Shown one piece after another: positions 1 to 10,600 of a stretch of 64,000 bases of DNA; position 1 is the first letter of the stretch, and every line of letters starts with the position of its first letter. The DNA is taken from positions 496,001 to 560,000 of the forward strand of contig LSRY02000025.1 in the NCBI GenBank assembly GCA_001643675.2, given 5' to 3'. Under the pieces are notes generated by a model. It had not been told where the DNA came from and searched no databases. It was given only the letters and a program-made list of their open reading frames with translations. This stretch comes from Monocercomonoides exilis PA203 (taxonomy: Eukaryota > Protista > Preaxostyla). A program made the position numbers and the translations under genes.

Positions 1-1150
1 GCGAGCAGAGAGAGAGGCAGAGAAGAAAAATGAAGAGAGATTCAAGAAAAGAGAATATGATACGAATATGCAGCATTCAGAATCATCAGAGCATCTTCTA
101 TCTGAGAGTGGCTCAACAGAATATATTCTGGGAAGAGACTCAGACAAGATTCCTGATTGGGCATTGGAGAAGGATGAAGAAGAAGAGATAAGGAAGCGAA
201 CTCCATCACCTTCCATTTCATCGACTTCAACCACAGACACATCAGACACAGAATCCACATTTGTTCGAGGGGAAGATTTGTGCCCAACAACCTCGTCAAT
301 GTCGAATCTGGTGGATGCAATGGCTTGTTCATCGCCTCATGAAAAGCTGATTGTGGATTTGAGAGATTCATTGTTCATGTTGCTTCATGGAAGAAATGAG
401 AAGAAAGAGATGGAAATCGGGAGCCTTCAACAAAGAGAGCAAACAGCTGCCCAGATCCTGTTTTGGGTGGCGAATGGGGCTCTCCATTCATTTGAAGAAA
501 TGGAAAATCTGCTTCAATCTCTTTCCAATCTGAGTCCTCACATTGTGCTGTTCTCCGAACACATGGTGATCTGCATCGTGATGCATTCAGACTTATTGTC
601 TGATGATTCAGACTCATCATCCACATCATCAACTGTTGTCACTTCTGCCAGTGATGAAAGCTACTCTCTTCCTTCATCTGCGTTTGAGGATGAGGATAGT
701 TTCAAAAAAGAATGTCTGAGATGGAAGGCACCTGAGCTGCTGATGAACAAGAACATGGGAGCAACAAAGGAGTCAGTCTCGTTCTCGATTGGGATGATAC
801 TGTGGGAGTGCCTGACTCTGCAGATACCGTTTGGGGAGTATGAGGCAGAGGTGGCGGGGCAGAAGATTGCGAACGGAGAGCGGCCAGCACTTGAGGCAGT
901 GCAGTGCTCTTCCTTCTTTGTTCTTGTGAAGAGCTGTGTGTCCCAGTCGCCTGGTGCACGCCCCTCCCTTGTCCAGCTCAAAAGAGAGTTCATTGGGCGC
1001 TTCCCGCCTGGCGCAGCTGTCCTCACCCTCACAGACGCAGTCGACCTCGAAGATTCGACTGGCAGGCGCAGGCAAGGCACAACATCTTTTGCCTTCTCAG
1101 CCAGCAGCACTGCCAGCGAAGCTCAGCCAATGGTCATCACCAAAAACTGA
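1..1150 (+). CDS. 3' end (cytoplasmic pseudokinase tail) of a giant receptor-like protein, paralog of 31972-44373; 5' part lies outside the window
   Basis: Frame is open from base 2 (RAEREAEKKNEERFKKREYDTNM...) to TGA at 1148-1150. Highly similar to 43207-44270. Kinase C-lobe remnants RWKAPE, SFSIGMILWECLT and RP are present. Confidence 0.85.
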   Translation, partial: RAEREAEKKNEERFKKREYDTNMQHSESSEHLLSESGSTEYILGRDSDKIPDWALEKDEEEEIRKRTPSPSISSTSTTDTSDTESTFVRGEDLCPTTSSMSNLVDAMACSSPHEKLIVDLRDSLFMLLHGRNEKKEMEIGSLQQREQTAAQILFWVANGALHSFEEMENLLQSLSNLSPHIVLFSEHMVICIVMHSDLLSDDSDSSSTSSTVVTSASDESYSLPSSAFEDEDSFKKECLRWKAPELLMNKNMGATKESVSFSIGMILWECLTLQIPFGEYEAEVAGQKIANGERPALEAVQCSSFFVLVKSCVSQSPGARPSLVQLKREFIGRFPPGAAVLTLTDAVDLEDSTGRRRQGTTSFAFSASSTASEAQPMVITKN

Positions 1151-2594
1151 GAATGAAAAAGAAATGAAAAAAATATGAATTTGAAAGAAGAGAATTACTA
1201 TTGCACTTGCGATGATCGCCAGTGACATTTGTTTTGTTTTTGTTTTGTATTTTGTATTTGTATTTTTGTTAAGTTTGTTTGTTTGAGCAAAGCACATATT
1301 TTGCTCCTCTTGGACTCATTTTCGCAGAACAGGCGATTCTCAACGACAGAGTCGCACTGCCATGTGCTTCTGCATCCTTGCTCAGACTTGTGACAACCAA
1401 GGGCTTTCCTCAAAGCCCTCCGGAAAACAATAGTCGATTGTCTGAGCCAGGCCTTGCCAATTCGCATAACATCACCCTCGGCCTTCTTGGACAAAGAATG
1501 GCACAAAAGTCAAACACGAAAGGATATTCCATGTGCACAAAATTGGGAATATCAAAAATAATTCTTATTTTTCGTTATCATAATTTTATTTTTTATTTTG
1601 TTTTTAAAAAGTCATATTTCGTTTTGTTTCTTATTTATTATTTCTTATTTCTTATTTCTTATTTCTTATTTTTTAACAAATTTCGTTTCATCTCAATTTT
1701 TTGTTTTGCTCAGTTTCTGCTTATTTTGCTCTTCATTATTTATCTGAGCTTATTCAGCTTCTCTTCTTCGTTTTTGGATGGAGCAAAGTTTTTTTCAAAT
1801 TTCAGAACATTCATACGCACATTCTGTGAATTTGATCTTCATTTTGATAATTGAAATATGTATTTCCACTTTATCCTTTTATTGTTATAATTACTGTTGC
1901 TGTTATTGCTTTCGTTTTCCTAATTCAACTAACATTGCGTTATTATCACAACACAAATTGTTTCAATGATTTCATTCACTTTGTATTTATATTCTCATTT
2001 TTGTTATTATTTTTTCGTTCATTCACGAGACATTTTGCGTGTTTCTTTTTGTTTATTTCATTGTGTAGTCAAATAGCATTTTGTAAATCACATTTTGAGG
2101 TTGAGAGCGTTTTTTTTTCGTTTTGATTGAAAAGTTCTTTTTTTCCAATTTTTCCGATTTTTGTTCATTTTTAGTGAGTCAAAATTGAAACATTCAGCAA
2201 AACAAATTATTTATTTTTATTTTTATTTTTAGGATGGAAGAAATATGCAAAAAGGTCGTGCGGCTTTTGCATCTGTTCTTTTCGAGACTGGAACAAACAA
2301 AATCCAAAAATCATTATCAACTAATAAACTTCGACAATGATGATTCAGTTATTATAATAGTGTGATTTATAAACCCGGACTTTTTTTAAAAATTCATATT
2401 TCTCGACGAATTTAGAAAATAATGTTATAATAATTAACACAATTATGCATTAGTGAATAACACATCTAGCCATATTCAAATTTTTGATAATTGTGTTGTA
2501 TTGATGAATAAATAAATAATTTTTATATTTGAAAATCTGACTTGAACAATTTTTCTATTTTAATAAAACGATTCAGCTCATCTTTTATGCACAC

Positions 2595-3391
2595 AACTTA
2601 TTTTTTCTATGCAATAAACGATTCTGGTTATTTTTTATTTTCGGAAATTTGCTCCTTCTGAAGAAAAAACAACTATCATTTTTGAAAAATCATTATCAAT
2701 GGGATTACTATGAAAATATTTTTTGCAAAACACAAGAACATCCAAGTGGATTTAACACGTGCAATAATAAATATGACAGTTATATAAAATTACTTCATTT
2801 TTGAAATTAAAAATGATTTTATATTCATTTCAATAATGCAATTAGTTTTCATAACTGATTATTTATAATAATCATTTTCATTGAAATTATTACAAAATTG
2901 TGTTTTATGAAATGAATATAAAATCATTTTTAATTTCAAAAATGAAGTAATTTTATATAACTGTCATATTTATTATTGCACGTGTTAAATCCACTTGGAT
3001 GTTCTTGTGTTTTGCAAAAAATATTTTCATAGTGATCCCATTGATAATGATTTTTCAAAAATGGGTAATTCTTTTTGAAAAGTCGCAAATGTTTAATTTT
3101 CGAATAAATCAAAATTTTCATATTTTGCTCAAATTGATGTTGACATATACCAAACTTCGCTAATATAGAATCTATTTCTGGATAATGCTATTTCAAACAT
3201 TCTTAAGAAGATTTGTGAGTGGAAACATATATTTGAGCAAAATATGAAAATTATGATTTCTTTGAAAATTAAACATTAGCGACTTTTCAAAAAGAATTAC
3301 CCAAATGATAGATTTTTTTTTTCGTCAGAAGGAGCAAATTGCCGAAAATGAAAAATAGCCAGAAGAATATGCAACAAAGAAAAAATGAGTT
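2595..3391. mobile_element. MITE-like foldback element A, left arm split by element B
   Basis: 2622-2680 plus 3062-3134 form one continuous imperfect inverted repeat of 3231-3364. The reverse complement of the right arm reads ctatcatttgggtaattc across the point where B is inserted. Weaker similarity extends to about 2595/3391. No ORF. Confidence 0.6.
2677..3063. mobile_element. MITE-like foldback element B (156-bp near-perfect inverted repeats, 75-bp spacer)
   Basis: 2677-2832 is the reverse complement of 2908-3063 with one mismatch seen (gggatta vs gggatca). Exact ends and TSD are ambiguous (AT is possible). Confidence 0.8.
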
Positions 3392-3888
3392 ATACAATCG
3401 GTGGAAAAAGCGGTCGTTTGTGGGAAAAGCTGTAGTTCAAGTTGTTTGAAAAGAAGAGTTTTTGGAAAAAAACATAAAAATTAGAAAGAATATGAACATT
3501 CACACCAGTGAAAGTTCAACGAGATATATTTTTTATTTATCTACTGGTTATAAGACAGAAAAGTTCTCTGAACCTTCGTAATTTTAACAGCAGTATGAAC
3601 AAACTGCTGTTATCAAAAATACTTTTCGCGTTGAATAATCAGAAGAAATAACTTGAATATAATGTGATTTGTTCTGGAATAGCTGTTTGGAAACAAATTT
3701 TGATCTTTTCAAATGAAACTTTATCAAAAAAATTTTGGATCGAATGTGTAATAATGGACGCTACAAAAAAAATCACTCCAAACCTTCTTTATCGTTTGAA
3801 GGCTACATCCAACTTCCGAAAATATTCATCTCCATCACAAAAGATCTTCGAAATATAAAAGAAATATGCTGTAACGTGGAAAACTGCT

Positions 3889-4090
3889 GTAGGATCCAAA
3901 GCTATCTCAAACGGAGCATGGGAAAGAGGAATAGCGGAGACGAAAGCAAATCGTGAAGTGGGGAAAATTGGACGCCCATCAAAATTACAAGCAAACAACG
4001 GGAAAGAGTTGAAAACCAAGTCATTGCACTGCTGTCTGAACAAAAAATTATCAAAGTGAAGGACATTCAATCGATGGTTTTGCATGTTGA

Positions 4091-4132
<42 letters not shown>

Positions 4133-5670
4133 ATAACTTTGTTTTTTTGATCCAGGAAATTTTTTATTCAAGTTGTGAAAGGGACGAAAAAGGAAAAAAG
4201 TCAATTCGAAATACGCCTTTGATCTCATAAAAAGAAGCTCAATATTAAAGGCATGCATTTCCAGGCTAATGGAAATTGAAAAAATCCGTGCGCAATCACC
4301 AGAAACAATTCGTGAATGGTTCCAAAAGTTGTCTTCCATGATTACAACGAACAACATTGATTCCACAGGCATATACAACTTTGATGAATCCTCAGTTCGT
4401 GTAGGTGATGGAACAGAAAAACTGGTAGTCTGCCTCAAAAACCAAACGCCGCCTTCTCCTCCGACATTACCAAAAAATTGAAAATGCAACTTTATGTGTT
4501 TGCATTTGTGCCGAAGGGTCTCATCTTCCACATATAATAATATACCCACGAAAAAAATTCCACAAGAGTTTTCTTTTTTATCATCATTTAATATTTCTCA
4601 CATAGGTTCTTCGTCAGGTTGGACAACTTCGGAAACATTTCGATTTATCATGATTCAGAAATGGATTCCGTTGATTGTGAATAAACTGAAAGTGTCAGAA
4701 TCCAAGGAAGCTCTGTTATTGCTGGACAATCACCATTCTCATTTTGACTCGGAGGTTGTTTCGTTTGCGAATCATGCACTAAGAATTATTCAAGATCGAA
4801 AAACTTTAATTCGAAATCGAAAATATTTATTTCAAAATCGAAAAAGAAGATAATTTGTTCAGAATTTCAATAAAAGTCAAAACCAAAAAAGTTTTATTGA
4901 CACAAATGTTGATAATTGCAAATGTCTATTTATTGGAAATGTTTTTCTTTTGTTTTTAACAACTGTTTTCTACGATATAGGCTGATATTAATCGATTATT
5001 TTCTCATTTTGAATATTGAAAATGATATATTTTATCAGTTTCCAATGCAATAAATGAAATACAAAACATTTTATTTTCAGAAAATGAAATGAATTTTTGT
5101 ATTTTTGTGGACAAAACAAGATCATGAACTATTCAATCACTTTTATTTTTTGCAAAAATTCCTTGTAATCTCCTGAACACATGTGAAAAGTTTAATTATT
5201 ACTCAGTTTTATCCTTATTCCACAATTTCACACAATCAAACACCAAAAAAAACATCAAAAAATATTTTTCAAATTGAAAACGACAAATTTCTCAGATCTA
5301 TAACTGAAAGAAAAGAAATTGACATGATTTTGAATTTTGAAATTTTTTCAAATTTTTTGATGATAAAGAATTTTCGATGTTGAATTAAAGATTTTCGATC
5401 TTGAATTAAACTTTTTCGATGTTGAATAATTTTTGATATAACAATATCATCATCGAAACCTTTCCTCCGAATATGACACACCTTTTTCAGCCGTGTGACA
5501 ATTGCGTGCTTTCTCGATTAAAACTTGTTCTTCAAAATTAATTTGTTCGACCAACAAATTTAACGACTTCTTCTTTCAGAAAAGCTTTGGCAGATGTGTT
5601 TCCAGAAGCTTTGTCTGCTGCAACTTCTCCTTCTGAAATTAAATCGGCATTTTTCAACACACTGGAGTTC
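3889..5670 (+). pseudogene. Fragmented pogo-like DDE_1 transposase
   Basis: Motifs in order: GKIGRPSKL, IYNFDES (D1), SSGWTTSETF, LLLLDNHHSH (D2), then after the inserted MITE FPPNMTHLFQPCD (D3, 5461-5499). Multiple frameshifts and stops. Possible intron 4077-4155 containing the poly-T run. Confidence 0.85.
4777..5438. mobile_element. MITE (662 bp) nested in the pogo transposase
   Basis: Imperfect TIRs at about 4777-4844 and 5371-5438, built from three ~21-bp subrepeats. Flanked by TG and TA (probably a degenerate TA TSD). Removing 4775-5438 restores the in-frame reading SFANH-NNIIIETFPPN. Confidence 0.8.
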
Positions 5671-6640
5671 ATCCTGTTGCTGCTACTTCTGTGTTATCCA
5701 AAGTGTGCGGCACAGCTTTGTCGTCAAAATAATCATCTTCTTCATATTTATCCACAATAGAATTGAAGAAAAGCGTATTTGGAGATTTTTCTCCAAAAGA
5801 AAAACAACAATTAAAAGAAAAAAGTCAGCAAATGCCTGCAATTGAGATAAAGAAAACAGAAATGACAGATGAAAAAGCAATTGCAAACAAAGAAAAAGGA
5901 GAAGAAGAAGAAGAAGAGCAAAACGAAAGCGATAATCGGAGATAATGAAAAAAAGAAAAATTAGACATCGAAAAAAAAGAATTGATGATAATTATGTTTA
6001 CGGAAATGAAATCAGTTGCATATACGTAGAGGAGGGAACATTAACTTTTGATCAGAAAACAAAGTTGAGAACAAGAAAAAGGAGAAAAATTGAAGACGAA
6101 TCCGATTCAGATATTGAAACCACAACAATTTGAATGGATCAAATTTTATGTAGAAGTTGATGTGAATGAAGATATTTATTTTTTCAGAACTGCGAATGTC
6201 TTATTTTTCCAATTCACATATCTTTTAAAATTAAAACAAGCTGTTGATAATAAAGTTTAATACCTTTTTTCCATTTATTTATTCATATATCTGTTCGACA
6301 AGTAATAATTGTCAAAATGCAACATGCCTAGGGTCACATCAAAAGAATAACAGGGTAGAAAACTTTCATAATTTCAGTTCCTCCAACTACCGCTTTTCCC
6401 ACCAACGACCGCTTTTTCCACCGATGGAAAACAAAAGATAATTTCAAAAAAGTTCAATCTCCAAATACAACTGATTTTTTACAAATTGTCGCATTTGAAA
6501 TGAAACAATGATAAAAGTCAATTCAAAATGATGCTTTAAAAAATGGTTTCACAACAAAATTAAAAAAAAAAATATTTTGAAGTGGAGTTTTTGTGATCTT
6601 TTAAATGAATATTTCCTTTTTCAATTTTCATTTATAAGCT

Positions 6641-7510
6641 TTACGGAGGTGGATTCTGTTTCGCAAATTCTCTAACATTCTTTTCATAGGTTGCTCTATC
6701 ATCACGATAAAGCTCAAAAGCAGGTCGTTGGGCGGGATCCTGAAAAAATTTTAAAGAGAAAATTAAAAGTTTAAAAGAAAAAGTACATTATTAAATTATT
6801 ATCATGGGAAGTAATTTTGAAGAATTATAAAATGAAACGTACAGCAATATTCGGATTATCTAGCAAATCTTGAATTCCAAGTAATATTGTTTTTATTGTA
6901 ATTGAAGGACGCCAATCTTTGTCCTCATTCAAAATTGAAAGACAAACAGTTCCTTTAATGAAAGGAAAAATTACATAAAAATGCTTCATAAATAAAAAAT
7001 TTAAGAAATAAGAACCAGATGGGAAAATATTTGGATGCGGAAGAGTTGGAGTGAAACGGCCTGAAAATTAAAAGTATGATTGTTAATTTTTATCAAAAAT
7101 AATTCAAACATTTTGGTGGCTTACTAAAATGAGAATTTGAGGATTTTAAAAAATAAAAAAATATTGCAACATATGAAAGAGCAATACCTTGGATAATCCT
7201 CGGTAAATTCTGGAAAAATTTCAGAACTAATCAAATAAATGAAGCAAAACAAACACACCCATTGTCATCCTATATAACCCACCTTCCCAAATTGATCCTG
7301 CTTTTCCGGGGATGCCACAATTCCACTTAAATAGATTAAGTGATCCATCAGGATTTTTTTCTGGTCCAGCAAAAAACCCAATTGGTCTTTCTTTTCTTAT
7401 TAAAGATCGCTCTATCAACAGTTTTACAAAATAATAATATGGATATTAAACTTAACATTACATATTTTAGCCGTACCTGCAAGCAAACGAGTCTTTGCTA
7501 TTCCAGCCAT
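6641..7510 (-). CDS. UBC9: SUMO-conjugating enzyme E2 (7 exons)
   Basis: Exons 7510-7477, 7411-7259, 7209-7188, 7123-7110, 7060-7016, 6952-6843 and 6739-6641, all with GT..AG introns, total 477 nt = 158 aa. Motifs [50 protein letters not shown]. Confidence 0.95.
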
Positions 7511-7609
7511 CGAAAATCCAAAATAACAAATAAAACAGCAATTATTATGGTTATCATTCAACCATTAATTGTTTTAATAGCATTTTGTGATTTTTTATCA
7601 ATCAACAGT
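7511..7609. promoter_or_regulatory. Putative compact bidirectional promoter (UBC9 / calpain-like gene)
   Basis: Only 99 bp separate the divergent ATGs at 7510 (-) and 7610 (+). Confidence 0.5.
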
Positions 7610-10600
7610 ATGCCACCAAAAGTTGCTGCAAATCCCAAAGCATTACCAAAGCTTAAAGAAAAAGCAAACACGTCATCTTCAAGATCAACAAATTCAAGAC
7701 CAAAACAGCCTTCAAAGACATTAAACACTGTTTCTTCTGTTCCTTCTTTAAAGAAGCATTCAATCTCTTCACCTCCAAGAGTTGAAAAGCACCAATCACC
7801 ATTTGAATCAGACTTGCATTCATCTCGTCCTTTAAAGAAGCTGACAAAGCCAGTTGGTCCAAAATTTTCTCAAACTAAATCAAAGAGTAATTTGACATCT
7901 TCTTCTGTGTCTGCTTCAAAAACAAATTTACAAAATCTTTCAAGTTCTTCTTCCCGAGGCAAGGTTTTATCTCCACCAAGATCATCTTCAAACACTCAAA
8001 ACACTAAACAGCAAAATGATGCTTCACGGACAAGAATTCTTTCACCTCCACGGACTCTTTCAAAATCAAGTAGTACTTATATCGAAGACTCAACTACTCG
8101 AGCAAGAATACTCTCACCTCCAAGATCTGGGACAAATGCCTCAACAGCAAATTTGTCACGCAAACCTCTTACAAAGCCGATTGCACCCAAATTATCCGAG
8201 CCGAAACAGCGATCATATGCTACGCACACAACAACTCAAACATACACAACTACAGTTATAACAACTCAGTCTGTGAAAGCACTTCCAAGATTGCAACCAA
8301 AGCAGACTCAAAAAACTTCGTCCTCAAAGTCTTTGTCTTCTGCATCTTCGCTTCCTTTGCTTTCTCCGAGAACATCAGCCGCAAGAAAGTCGACTTCTCA
8401 TTTGACAAGCTCATCGTCAGATAAATCACTTCATTCAAAATCTAATTCCTCATCATCTGGTGCTTCTTCCTCTTCCTCTTCATATTCGTCCTCACACTCC
8501 ACTGGTTCAGTTTTGCAATCAAGTGCAGCAACACCAGCTGAGCAAATAGCCCATCAGCCACGCCGATCGCCAAGCAGACTTCAGAATGCTCCAGAAATAC
8601 GTCTTTTGTCCCCACCTGCGAAGGCTCAGCATGTTGGACCAATAATCCCGCCTCCCCCGCAAGTGATGCGACCTCTGCCTGCCATCACAATCAAAGCACC
8701 GCCCAAATCGAGCCTTCCTCCGCTTCCGTCCTTTGGCAACTTCTCATCCGAAGAGAAGGCTGTTCTGGAGGCATCGTCGCATCTCAACGGCGCAACCTAT
8801 CCAATCTGGAAGAACTCTCAGCACGCCATCAACCCTGCTGCCGAGGATGCTGCGCTGTTTGTGGACTCTGTTCCTGTTCTTCTGAACGAGAAGCAGGCGA
8901 ACTTGGGGTGTGTTCTAAGCCGTCCAGAGAATCTGTTTGAGTGCCAGAGAGAAGAGCTGGCTGTGTTTGGAGGGTTTTCGTGGCGGCAGGGCAAGCAGAG
9001 CGTGGTGGATGACAGCTCTGTGGTAATGTCGCTGATTCTGATGGGCTACGCCGAAGAAAGACTACGTCTGGCTTTCCTCACGTCGAATGTGTACCCTCAA
9101 GTGGAAGGCAAAGGGAGTGTGGTGAATCCATCTGGCAGATACTACCTGCGCTTCTTCTTCAACGGCGCCTGGCGCTGCTGTGAGATTGATGACAGGCTGC
9201 CGTGCTATCCACGTTCATCACCAAACTTTGCTGTTCCGAAGGCAGAAACTTGGAAGCGGCAGCTGTGTGCGCACGCGATGGGGAAGAAGGAGCTGTGGAT
9301 GCAGCTGTATGAAAAGGCCTATCTGAAGATACGGGGCTTTTCGTATTCCACGTTTGACCTGCCAAGTGCTGAGAACATCCACTTCATCGCATCCTGGATT
9401 CCTGAGCTGTGGCGCCTGGAGGAGATTCCGGGGGGAGACAGAGATGACGATGATGATTACAATAATAATAGAGATGGGGGTGAGGGAGAAGAAGGAAGAG
9501 GAGGAAAAATTGTTAAAGCAGACATCACAACAGAAGAAATGAATAAGTTCTGGGAGCAGCTGACAGAAGGATATGCGACTGGGATGCTTGTGGCGGTGGC
9601 AAGCACACGTCCTGACATGAGCGATGGAGTAGTGGAGTCGACAGGGCTTGTGGTAGATCACGGGTACGGAATACTCGATGCGAAAGACGTGGGCGGGGTG
9701 CGTGTGCTGAAGATGCGCAATCCACAGCTGGGAATCAGCGGCGGCTGGAGAGGAAAGCTCTCAGCGACTGACGAAAAGGGATGGACATCTGCACTCAGAG
9801 AGAGATTCCACTATTCTCCTTCAGATGCTGCTCAGAACAACAACGGCATCTTCTTCATCCGCTGGGAAGATATGCTGAAGTACTTCTCTTCATTAAGTGT
9901 GTCGCACAACCCGCTTCTGTTTCCCTGCCAGGCACACTTCCATTGCTTGTTCTCGAAAGAGCTGCAGTTCGATGCAGAGCTCCTTCGCACGCTGTCTGCT
10001 CCGCAGTTTCTGGTGAGAAAGGAAAAGCACCAGAAATACTGGTTTCTTTTGCAGCGGCACTGGGAAGATGCAGAGGGAGATGAAAGTGAAGAAGATGACG
10101 TGGACAACACGACCGACCCAGCTATTGGGCTGCGGTTCCACAAGCACCTGATAGAAGACGAGAAGCTGAAGGCAGCGGGAAAGCAAGGCGAAGAGTGCAA
10201 GCGGCCGAGACGGCTGGACGAGCCTCCGAGTGTGTGCCGCATAGCGGATGTGGTGAACAGGGTGGATCCAGTGATGTATCGGATGTGGATGTATTCGCTG
10301 GAGAAGATCGAAGACAGCTACGAGGGATACTACACGATGATCGTGTCGATGATGAACGCTCCGAAGAAGAAGCGGGACTTGAGATTCACAATTTCTGTGT
10401 ATTCGAACAGGGAAATCGCTGTGTCGCGTATTCCGCTTGTGCAGAAGAATGAGTGCACCATCAGAAGCACAACAAGACAGCAGCCAATCATCCGCGGGCT
10501 GTCACCGCAGACTGGTACACACCTCATTTCACGCCCTTCGCAAAGGATCAACCTCCCCTTTGCCTCTCCTTCACTGTTCTCATCATCTCCTTCTTCATCA

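Larger units (their letters stand above)
3397..6425 (+). mobile_element. Decayed pogo/Tc1-mariner superfamily DNA transposon (~3.0 kb)
   Basis: 41-bp TIRs at 3397-3437 and 6385-6425 match at 39/41, and each holds two ~18-bp direct repeats (gtggaaaaagcggtcgtt / gtgggaaaagctgtagtt). Left flank is TA-CA. DDE_1 transposase remnants lie inside. Confidence 0.85.

Noticed and set aside
1279-1540. GC-richer block with short ORFs on both strands
   Set aside because: No recognisable motif or boundaries; probably a gene or TE remnant and cannot be called.
4784-5431. ~21-bp repeats as a CRISPR-like array
   Set aside because: They are tandem without spacers and form the subrepeats of a MITE's inverted termini.
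7340-7609. N-terminal 90 aa of the 1622-aa ORF
   Set aside because: Overlaps UBC9 exons on the opposite strand; the real start is more likely 7610.
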